Source of the DNA: Candidatus Enterousia sp. | GTDB lineage: Bacteria > Pseudomonadota > Alphaproteobacteria > Rs-D84 | Direction of reading: 5' to 3' | NCBI GenBank assembly: GCA_045613345.1 | Contig: JAZLAT010000005.1 | Location: forward strand, 67,588 to 131,587 | DNA: 64,000 bases | In this document: positions 48,394 to 56,089 of the stretch, one piece after another | Position numbering within the stretch: the first letter of the stretch is position 1 | Layout: each line of letters starts with the position of its first letter | The notes under the pieces: generated by a model | The model's input: only the letters and a program-made list of their open reading frames with translations | Database searches by the model: none | Told to the model about the DNA's origin: nothing | Program-made: the position numbers and the translations under genes

Positions 48394-49488
48394 ATGAAAA
48401 TTTATATTTTGCGGGGAATCGCAGCGGCGGCATTTGGGTTTTTATTGGCATCTTGCGATGTTTCGACGCCGACACATACGGGTGATGATTCGGTTGTACC
48501 ACACGCGAATTTAAAAAAAGTTTCTTATTCTGATTTGCCGGGTTGGCGCGAAGACGACGTCCGTTATGCACTGCAAGCCTTTCGTAATTCATGCAAAGCC
48601 AAGATTCAATATCGTGGACATGTAGTTCCCGACCGTGAATTATTTAATGAAAAATGCAACATGCTGCCCAGTGCCAGTGCCGACACCGCAACAGTTCGCG
48701 CTTGGTTTGAATCGCATTTTCAACCATACAAGATATATAATGATAATGGCACAAGCAAGGGAACTTATACCGGATACTATTCACCGGTAATTCCTGGGTG
48801 TCGCACCAAGACGGCGGAATGTAATGAACCACTTATGGGAATTCCAACCGACGGACGAAATTACAAAGGCGTTTCTAAAAAAGACATCGTTGAAAAGAAA
48901 ATTGGTCGCGTACTCTATTGGGCAAACATTGTCGATGTTCAAAACATTCAAATCCAAGGAAGCGGTATGTTAAAACTGTCCGATGGCACAATGGTAAAGT
49001 TAAACTTTGCGGCTGTCAACGATATGCCATTTAAATCTATTGGTGAACAACTGCGCAATCGTGGCATTCGACCCGAAGGCGGTTATTCTGCGGACGCCGT
49101 TTGGACACATTTGAAAAAGAATCCAAAATTGGCCAAAGAAGTAATTTATAACAATCCGCGATATGTATATTTCTATGAATCGGTGCCGCCCGATGTGATT
49201 GGCAAATTGGGAACACCACTGTCTAAAATACGCAGTATCGCGATGGACGATTCGCTGTATACATTGGGTTTGCCTGTATACATCGATACAAACCTTTCGA
49301 ACGGACAAAAGTTTCGCCGCCTTATGATTGCCCAAGATACCGGCAGCGCGATACGCGGTTGGGTGCGTGCCGATATATTCTTTGGCAAAGGTGATGAAGC
49401 ATATGAATACGCACACGGTCAACACGCCCAAGGCGAAATGTATATTTTAATGCCAAAAGAATACACATATGTCAAACCAACAAAATAA
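48394..49488 (+). CDS. mltA: Membrane-bound lytic murein transglycosylase A
   Basis: 364 aa from the ATG at 48394 with lipobox LLASC. MltA-type 3D-domain C-terminus (DTGSAIRG...DIFFG.G). Confidence 0.8.
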   Translation: MKIYILRGIAAAAFGFLLASCDVSTPTHTGDDSVVPHANLKKVSYSDLPGWREDDVRYALQAFRNSCKAKIQYRGHVVPDRELFNEKCNMLPSASADTATVRAWFESHFQPYKIYNDNGTSKGTYTGYYSPVIPGCRTKTAECNEPLMGIPTDGRNYKGVSKKDIVEKKIGRVLYWANIVDVQNIQIQGSGMLKLSDGTMVKLNFAAVNDMPFKSIGEQLRNRGIRPEGGYSADAVWTHLKKNPKLAKEVIYNNPRYVYFYESVPPDVIGKLGTPLSKIRSIAMDDSLYTLGLPVYIDTNLSNGQKFRRLMIAQDTGSAIRGWVRADIFFGKGDEAYEYAHGQHAQGEMYILMPKEYTYVKPTK

Positions 49489-49804
49489 GTCTGCTTTTAC
49501 CGCCCGAACAAAGCGTCCTCAAACCATCGGTGGCGCACTTGGTGGGTTATTAAAAATTTTTGGTGTTCGTGCATCAGACTCTGATTTGGTCGCCCGTTGG
49601 GCTGAAATAGTCGGGCCCGAAATATCAAACCTTGCCGATATCTGCGCGGTAAAAAAATTGCGCGACGGGAAATATAACATCGTCTTGCGCCCGCGAAATC
49701 CGGCGTATACATTAAAATTGTCTTATATGACAGACACAATCACAAAACAAATCAACAAATATTTCGGCACGGACGCGGTCGGCAAAATAAGTTTTCGAAA
49801 ATGA
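49469..49804 (+). CDS. DUF721 (DciA-like) protein
   Basis: 111 aa. LVARWAEIVGPEISNLADICAVKKLRDGKYNIVLRPRNPAYTLKLSYMTDTITKQINKYFG matches the DUF721 pattern. Confidence 0.6.
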   Translation: MSNQQNKSAFTARTKRPQTIGGALGGLLKIFGVRASDSDLVARWAEIVGPEISNLADICAVKKLRDGKYNIVLRPRNPAYTLKLSYMTDTITKQINKYFGTDAVGKISFRK

Positions 49805-50298
49805 AAAGCACAACACGAATTTTGGGAATTGACCCAGGCCTGTTGCATACGGGTTGGGCGGTGATTGATACCGCGGGCACGGAACGACACTATGTGGCCA
49901 GTGGTGTAATCTTACCGAAAAAAACCGGCGCATTGGCGGAAAGATTGGCGATTATATTTAATGAAGTTTCAAAACTGGTTGATACTTTTTCGCCAAACGA
50001 ATGCAGCATGGAAATAACATTTGTGAATAAAAATCCAACAACGACACTGATTCTGGGGCACGCGCGCGCGGCGGCAATGGTCGCGGTATCAACACACAAC
50101 ATCCCCGTATTTGAATACGAACCAAACAAAATTAAAAAGATTCTGACGGGTGCGGGTCATGCGGATAAAACCGCGGTAGATAAAATGGTGCGGATTCTAT
50201 TGCCCGCCGCACATCCAAAAACATCTGACGAAAGCGACGCCATCGCAATCGCCCTGGGCCACAGTAACATATCAAAACTTATGAAATTTATCGCCTAG
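49801..50298 (+). CDS. ruvC: Crossover junction endodeoxyribonuclease RuvC
   Basis: 165 aa with ILGIDPGLLHTGWAVID and the C-terminal DESDAIAIALGH motif. Confidence 0.9.
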   Translation: MKSTTRILGIDPGLLHTGWAVIDTAGTERHYVASGVILPKKTGALAERLAIIFNEVSKLVDTFSPNECSMEITFVNKNPTTTLILGHARAAAMVAVSTHNIPVFEYEPNKIKKILTGAGHADKTAVDKMVRILLPAAHPKTSDESDAIAIALGHSNISKLMKFIA

Positions 50299-50968
50299 AA
50301 GCGCCACGTATTTTTAAAAAAGATGCCACTATTTGATGCCGCAAATCTGGTAATTGCACTTTTCTTTTGATATATTCCTGCATATCTGAAATTTGTTTAT
50401 CATTCATTGAATAAATCTGATACAATAAGTTATTGCTTAGTTTCACATTTAATCCAAAATTGTTTTTGAATAAGATTTGAAACTTTAATGCCCGTGCAAC
50501 AAAGTGCTCAACACGATAGAATTGTGGATTATAAACATACAATTCTGATGTTTCCAGAAAATGCCGGAACAATACAGATTCCTGAACACGACCATTCTTA
50601 TAAAACAAACTGTTACAATTAAAATCGAAATAATTTGCGATTATATCTTGGGGGCTTTTAGTATATTGTTGAAACACATCAACGATTCCAAAATCACGCA
50701 ACATAATCTTTGTTCCCCCAAGAGAATTTTTTTGATACCATAATATATTTGTATTATCTTTTAATTGCAACGGATTCGGTAAAATCAAATCAAAATCTTT
50801 TGGCGCAATATTGCGTCCAACCAAATTTCCTAATAACACATCACGCACGGCACCACCAACCACACAGATTTCATTTACGCGTAATAATTCTGATATAGTG
50901 TCACAAATGCCGTCCAAATTATGGGCGGCATATTGTTTTGCAACATCAAAATCAGAAACTGTTGCCAT
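50288..50968 (-). CDS. Truncated class II nucleotidyltransferase (CCA-adding / poly(A) polymerase head-domain-like), 226 aa
   Basis: Motif A VVGGAVRDVLLG...KDFDLIL and motif B-like YFDFNCNSLFY. It lacks the usual C-terminal body and tail. AT-rich. Confidence 0.6.
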   Translation of the reverse strand: MATVSDFDVAKQYAAHNLDGICDTISELLRVNEICVVGGAVRDVLLGNLVGRNIAPKDFDLILPNPLQLKDNTNILWYQKNSLGGTKIMLRDFGIVDVFQQYTKSPQDIIANYFDFNCNSLFYKNGRVQESVLFRHFLETSELYVYNPQFYRVEHFVARALKFQILFKNNFGLNVKLSNNLLYQIYSMNDKQISDMQEYIKRKVQLPDLRHQIVASFLKIRGASRR

Positions 50969-51684
50969 TATGCTGCGGCGGTGAAAACCTTTTGCACGTC
51001 GTCATTTGCGTCCAACGCATCGACCAGTTTTTCAATTTTGCCCCATGCTTCTTCGTCCAAATCCATCGGCATATTCGGCACCCATGTCAATTCCGCATTT
51101 TCGGGTTCGCCCAAAACATCAGCGATTTTCTTTTGCACATTCATGAAGTCATCAGGCTTGGTTGAAATAATAAAACCTTCGTCGGTCGATTCCAGGTTTT
51201 CTACATCTGCGTCCATAATCAGTTCCATAATCTCATCTTCGGTCTTGCCGATTGATGCCGGATAGAAAATCTGACCCATACGCGTGAACAAGAACGCGAC
51301 ACTGCCCTCTTCACCCATATTGCCACCATGTTTCGCAAAGATATTCCGAACCTCGGGCACGGTGCGCCGCGGGTTATCGGTCAAAGCCTCGACAATAATC
51401 GGCACTGCACCCGGACCATAGCCTTCATACCGTACGGCGACATAACTTTCGGTATTTGCACCCGACGCTTTGTCAATTGCGCGTTTAATATTATCGTTCG
51501 GCATAGAATTCTTGCGTGCCTGTAAAATAGCCAGACGCAACCGCGGGTTATTGTCAGGGTTCTTGTCCCCCAACTTTGCCGCCATAGTAATTTCACGTGC
51601 CAATTTTGTGAACAGACCACTGCGTGCCGCATCGGCCAGTCCTTTTTTATGCTGTATATTATGCCATTTGCTATGTCCACTCAT
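50968..51684 (-). CDS. yebC: YebC/PmpR family protein
   Basis: 238 aa with MSGHSKWHNIQHKKG and typical YebC length. Confidence 0.9.
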   Translation of the reverse strand: MSGHSKWHNIQHKKGLADAARSGLFTKLAREITMAAKLGDKNPDNNPRLRLAILQARKNSMPNDNIKRAIDKASGANTESYVAVRYEGYGPGAVPIIVEALTDNPRRTVPEVRNIFAKHGGNMGEEGSVAFLFTRMGQIFYPASIGKTEDEIMELIMDADVENLESTDEGFIISTKPDDFMNVQKKIADVLGEPENAELTWVPNMPMDLDEEAWGKIEKLVDALDANDDVQKVFTAAA

Positions 51685-51734
51685 AATTTGACCTTTTGAT
51701 TTATTTGGATTAAAATACCCACAAAGGATAACAA

Positions 51735-52313
51735 ATGATTGGAAAATTGCAAGGCATTGTTGATTATATTGCGCCCGACCATGTTATTTTGATGACGGGC
51801 GGGGTTGGATACCGGGTCTATACACCGGAAAACCTGCGACACGGCGAAAATGTGACACTTTGGATTGAAACAATTGTGCGCGAAGATTCGATTCGCCTGT
51901 TTGGGTTTGGAACACTAGCGACACAAAACCTGTTTAATATGCTGATTGGTGTATCTGGGGTTGGACCACGTGTGGCGATGGCGATAATGTCGACAATAAA
52001 ACCCGAAACATTAATGACGGCAATCGCGACCGGCGATGCCAAAACAATTTCAACCGCGCCGGGCGTTGGGAAAAAAGTTGCCGAAAAAATCATAGTGGAA
52101 TTAAAATCCCGTGTTGGCGGCGCATCGATTGCATTGAACTTTGGTGCGGAGACGGGCGGCGCCCTGCCCGACTTGCTGGCGGCATTGGAATCATTAGGGT
52201 ACAGACGAATGGATATTGTCGATATGGCACAAAAATTGGTATCTGAAAATCCGACCGCCGATGTATCAAAACTGGTGCCACTTGCCCTGCGTGAAATCAG
52301 TGGGAATAAATAA
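51735..52313 (+). CDS. ruvA: Holliday junction DNA helicase subunit RuvA
   Basis: 192 aa with MIGKLQGIVDYI, HhH motifs (GVGPRVA, GVGKKVAEKI) and a C-terminal domain III. Confidence 0.9.
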   Translation: MIGKLQGIVDYIAPDHVILMTGGVGYRVYTPENLRHGENVTLWIETIVREDSIRLFGFGTLATQNLFNMLIGVSGVGPRVAMAIMSTIKPETLMTAIATGDAKTISTAPGVGKKVAEKIIVELKSRVGGASIALNFGAETGGALPDLLAALESLGYRRMDIVDMAQKLVSENPTADVSKLVPLALREISGNK

Positions 52314-52314
52314 G

Positions 52315-53613
52315 ATGAACAATGACACAATTTTTGCACTGTCCAGTGGCCATGGAAAATCAGGCGTTGCGGTAATCCGCATATCGGGCGATAATCTTGA
52401 ATCGTTTGCTAAAAAAATTATCGGCTGTGCCACCTTGGCACCCCGGCGGGCGTATTTTACAAACCTGTGCGATAACATGGGCGAATTGATTGATCAATGC
52501 GTTGTCATATATTTTGCCGCACCGCACAGTTTCACCGGCACCGACATAATTGAAATTCAATGCCACGGCGCACCGGCGGTGATAAATAAAATATTTGATT
52601 TCCTGCATACAAATAATATGCGAATCGCCACCCCAGGCGAATTTTCGCGCCGCGCTTTCTATAACAACAAAATGGATTTGTCTGATGTTGATGGATTGGC
52701 GGCATTGCTGGACGCCCAAACAGACCGGCAACGCGCCGCGGCATTAAAGTCTATGACCGGCGGCGACAGCGACATTTACAACGATTGGCGCAACCAAATG
52801 TTGGACATATCGGCATGCATTTTTGCGATGACCGACTATGCACCTGATGATTTGCCTGCGAATATTTTTGACACGGTTATGCAAAGAATAAAAACTCTCT
52901 ATACAGCGGTTTCCGCCGCATTGGCGAAATACACCGCATCGCGTGCAATCAGGGCTGGCGTGAATATTGCGATTGTTGGCGAAACAAATGTTGGCAAATC
53001 TTCACTGTTTAATAAAATGGTTGGAACGGCGCGCGCCATAGTATCAGATGTCCCCGGCACCACACGTGATGTGGTTTCAATGAATTTGGATATTGATGGA
53101 TATTTGGTAAATTTGTCTGACACGGCGGGTTTACGCGACACAACCGATTCGGTGGAACGAATCGGCATCGAACGTTCGCACGCCGAAATCGCAAATGCAG
53201 ATATAATAATTCATGTAATAAATCCGAACGATTCGGCACAAAAAATCGGCAACAACGAAATCTTGGTCGTCAACAAATGCGACACAACCGAATCGCGGGA
53301 CATAAAAAACGCAATCTATGTTTCGGCAAAAAATGGCATTGGGATAAACGAACTGATGCGCGAATTGCGCACACGCATTCGCGACATTACCGGAAACGGC
53401 GAATCGATTTTAATGATAAACGCACGCACCTATGATTTATTACGCACGGCGGCAACGGAATTGAAAAATGCCATTGAAAAATCCAACGGCGATTATGACA
53501 TTATGTCGGAACACGTGCGCTATGCCGCGGACGCAATCGGAAAAATTCTGGGCACCATTACCACCGCCGAAGTCATCGACAAAACCTTTTCGCAACTATG
53601 TTTAGGTAAATAA
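52315..53613 (+). CDS. mnmE: tRNA modification GTPase MnmE
   Basis: 432 aa from the ATG at 52315 (MNNDTIFALSSGHGKSGVAVIRISG). G domain GETNVGKSSL and a C-terminal CLGK. Confidence 0.9.
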   Translation: MNNDTIFALSSGHGKSGVAVIRISGDNLESFAKKIIGCATLAPRRAYFTNLCDNMGELIDQCVVIYFAAPHSFTGTDIIEIQCHGAPAVINKIFDFLHTNNMRIATPGEFSRRAFYNNKMDLSDVDGLAALLDAQTDRQRAAALKSMTGGDSDIYNDWRNQMLDISACIFAMTDYAPDDLPANIFDTVMQRIKTLYTAVSAALAKYTASRAIRAGVNIAIVGETNVGKSSLFNKMVGTARAIVSDVPGTTRDVVSMNLDIDGYLVNLSDTAGLRDTTDSVERIGIERSHAEIANADIIIHVINPNDSAQKIGNNEILVVNKCDTTESRDIKNAIYVSAKNGIGINELMRELRTRIRDITGNGESILMINARTYDLLRTAATELKNAIEKSNGDYDIMSEHVRYAADAIGKILGTITTAEVIDKTFSQLCLGK

Positions 53614-53637
53614 AAAAACGGGCGGCATTTGCCGCCC
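53612..53637 (-). terminator. Rho-independent terminator of the acyl-CoA ligase gene
   Basis: Stem GGGCGGC / GCCGCCC (53620-26 / 53631-37). A T-run follows on the minus strand (plus-strand AAAAAAA at 53612-18). Confidence 0.65.
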
Positions 53638-53672
53638 GCACTAAACACTAACCACTATCACTAACCGCACTA
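53638..53672 (-). repeat. TAGTG-type short tandem repeat element in the 3' region of the acyl-CoA ligase gene
   Basis: The sense strand reads TAG TGC GGTTAGTG ATAGTG GTTAGTG TTTAGTG CGGGCGG, from the stop codon into the terminator stem. Confidence 0.8.
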
Positions 53673-55250
53673 TTCTTTCCGCATCGGATATTTCCCGTCA
53701 ATCAGATTCTGGCGAACGACGTGATGTTTTACCTTTTGCGTACTGGTCGTTGGCAAATCTTCGGTCGTCATCGCAAAGTGCGTAACCCATTTATAAGATG
53801 CAACCTTTTTATTTGCATGCGCAACCGCCGCCGCCAATTTTTCCATTGTCATTTCGGGTTCAACACTGAACACGCCATATGCCACGGTTTTATCTTTGAC
53901 CGTATGTTCAAACACCGCAACATTTTTCACGCCCGGAATAGTAATGAATAAACCTTCCAGTTCATCTGGATAGACATTTTTACCGCTGTCCAAAACAATT
54001 ACTTGTTTTTTACGGCCGGCGAAATGCAACTCGCCATTTTTATCCATGGACACCATGTCGCCGGTATTAAAGAACCCACGATCATCAAAGATTTCTTTAT
54101 TTGCGGCTTCGTTATTCATATAACCACCGAAAACTTGGTTACCCTTTAACCACAATATTCCAACACCGTCCGCATTTTTATCGCGAATTTCAACAACGTT
54201 GTTGGTTGTCGGTCCACCAAACGCAAACGGGACACGACCCTTGCACGGTTTAGAAATGCAAATTGGTCCCACGGTTTCGGTCATACCATAACCTTGGATA
54301 AACCCAAGTCCCAATGACACAAAGAAATTTTCAATTTCCGGTTTTGTCGCCGCCCCCCCCGCAACAAGCAATTTTGCGCGACCACCAAATATATCAAGAA
54401 TCGGTTTTTTCACTTTATCAACCAACACCCCAAGTCCAATTTTGCGCAATAACACCTGGTTCTTGATAATAAACTTAAAAGCGGTCCACATATGCTTTGA
54501 TTTAATACCATCAATTATCTTGTTACGGAACACTTCAAATAAACGTGGCACTGCCGGAATAACATGCGGACGAAACTTCTTGAAATCTGCCATCAATTCT
54601 TTGGGGTTGATTGTAGGTTGCAACAACACGCCCGCGCCGTATTGTAATGTCGCCAATATTTCAACCGCAAAACCGAACACATGGTACATCGGTAAAAAGC
54701 CGTATAAAATATCGCCGGCATCAATCCACTGTTTCATATCCAACAAAGAATGCGCGCATTCTGTTAAATTATAATGCGTAAGCGGCACAACCTTTGGCGT
54801 ACCGGTTGACCCCGAAGTGAACGACAATGTTGCAATCGCCGTATCGGGATATTTTGTTGGCTTTAACTTTTTGTTTACTTCACCATCGGGGGTCGTAATA
54901 TCAAAGAAAGTAAATTTATCTGTTTTATAAAAGAAAGATTTTTCCGCACAGACAAATTTGCACCCTGTGATTTCTGTCATATTATCATATTCAAACGGTG
55001 TTAGATTCGTATCCAACAATAAAACCGTTCCGCCCAAATACCAAACCGCAAACAACGTCACCGGAAACGCCGGAATGTTATGCGATAATATACCAACAAC
55101 ATTCCCCGCCCGAACACCATTTTCATACAGTGTCGCCGCGCGGCGTTTTACCAATTCCATAAACCCAGCATAATTGACACCTTCACGTACCAAGAATAAA
55201 TTATCAGGCCACTTTTGCACGGTGTCTTGTAAAAATTGAAACATATTCAT
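53670..55250 (-). CDS. AMP-dependent synthetase/ligase (long-chain fatty acid--CoA ligase-like)
   Basis: 526 aa with AMP-binding motif LSFTSGSTGTPKVV, then GYGMTE and FNTGD. Confidence 0.8.
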   Translation of the reverse strand: MNMFQFLQDTVQKWPDNLFLVREGVNYAGFMELVKRRAATLYENGVRAGNVVGILSHNIPAFPVTLFAVWYLGGTVLLLDTNLTPFEYDNMTEITGCKFVCAEKSFFYKTDKFTFFDITTPDGEVNKKLKPTKYPDTAIATLSFTSGSTGTPKVVPLTHYNLTECAHSLLDMKQWIDAGDILYGFLPMYHVFGFAVEILATLQYGAGVLLQPTINPKELMADFKKFRPHVIPAVPRLFEVFRNKIIDGIKSKHMWTAFKFIIKNQVLLRKIGLGVLVDKVKKPILDIFGGRAKLLVAGGAATKPEIENFFVSLGLGFIQGYGMTETVGPICISKPCKGRVPFAFGGPTTNNVVEIRDKNADGVGILWLKGNQVFGGYMNNEAANKEIFDDRGFFNTGDMVSMDKNGELHFAGRKKQVIVLDSGKNVYPDELEGLFITIPGVKNVAVFEHTVKDKTVAYGVFSVEPEMTMEKLAAAVAHANKKVASYKWVTHFAMTTEDLPTTSTQKVKHHVVRQNLIDGKYPMRKE

Positions 55251-55318
55251 ATCAAAAATCCTTGTTGTAATTGAATATTCATTGTCCTATTATATATATA
55301 AAAGGAAATTTTGCAAAC

Positions 55319-56089
55319 ATGAAAATACTTACACTAAATATAAATTCTATTCGCGCACACATTGAATCTTTTATTGATATTTTGCGCGGTGGCGAATACG
55401 ACACAATTTTGGTCCAAGAATTAAAGGTTGAAAATGCCGCATTTCCGCACAATTTATTAGAAGAATACGGATATAACATCAAAGTTTTCGGACAAAAAAG
55501 TTGGAACGGGGTCGCGACTTTTTCTAAATTTTCATTGGAAGATACTGTTAGGGGCTTGCCGAATTTTCCCGATGTGAATGCACGATTTCTGGAAACTGTG
55601 GTTGATGGTCGCGTGCGTATAATAAATGTCTATATGCCGAACGGGGAATCCGAAGAATCGCCAAAATTTCAATATAAACTTCAATGGATGCGGGCTTTTA
55701 CGGACTATATTGCACCGTATTTGAACAGTGAAGAACCTGTTATAATTGGTGGCGATTTTAATGTTGCAATTTTGGATCGCGATGTATGGAATCCGAAAAA
55801 CTATATCGGGTCCAGTATATCTGCGCCCGCCGCACGTGCGATTATGACCGAATGGCTGGACTCTGGTTGGGTTGATGCATGGCGAACATTCCACCCCGAT
55901 GAAGATGATTACACTTGGTATGGATATCGTGGTCGTGACACTGTTGGCAATAGACAAGGACTTCGACTTGATTATTTCTTGGCAAATCGGGTTGCTGCAA
56001 AAATGATGCGTGCATGCGAAATAGATACCGCACCACGCATGGCAAATAAACCAACCGACCATTGTGGATTGATGTTGAAAATCGCTTAG
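55319..56089 (+). CDS. xth: Exodeoxyribonuclease III
   Basis: 256 aa from the ATG at 55319 (MKILTLNINSIRAH). Also QELK, GDFNV and a C-terminal SDH-like PTDHCGL. Confidence 0.85.
   Translation: MKILTLNINSIRAHIESFIDILRGGEYDTILVQELKVENAAFPHNLLEEYGYNIKVFGQKSWNGVATFSKFSLEDTVRGLPNFPDVNARFLETVVDGRVRIINVYMPNGESEESPKFQYKLQWMRAFTDYIAPYLNSEEPVIIGGDFNVAILDRDVWNPKNYIGSSISAPAARAIMTEWLDSGWVDAWRTFHPDEDDYTWYGYRGRDTVGNRQGLRLDYFLANRVAAKMMRACEIDTAPRMANKPTDHCGLMLKIA

Noticed and set aside
54353-54360. C8/G8 homopolymers (54353-54360 in the acyl-CoA ligase gene, 63132-63139 in pyk) as phase-variation tracts.
   Set aside because: Both encode Ala-Gly-Gly as GCG GGG GGG in conserved motifs of ordinary metabolic genes, one of them essential. 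They more likely reflect codon choice than contingency loci. Read-level variation could still be checked.
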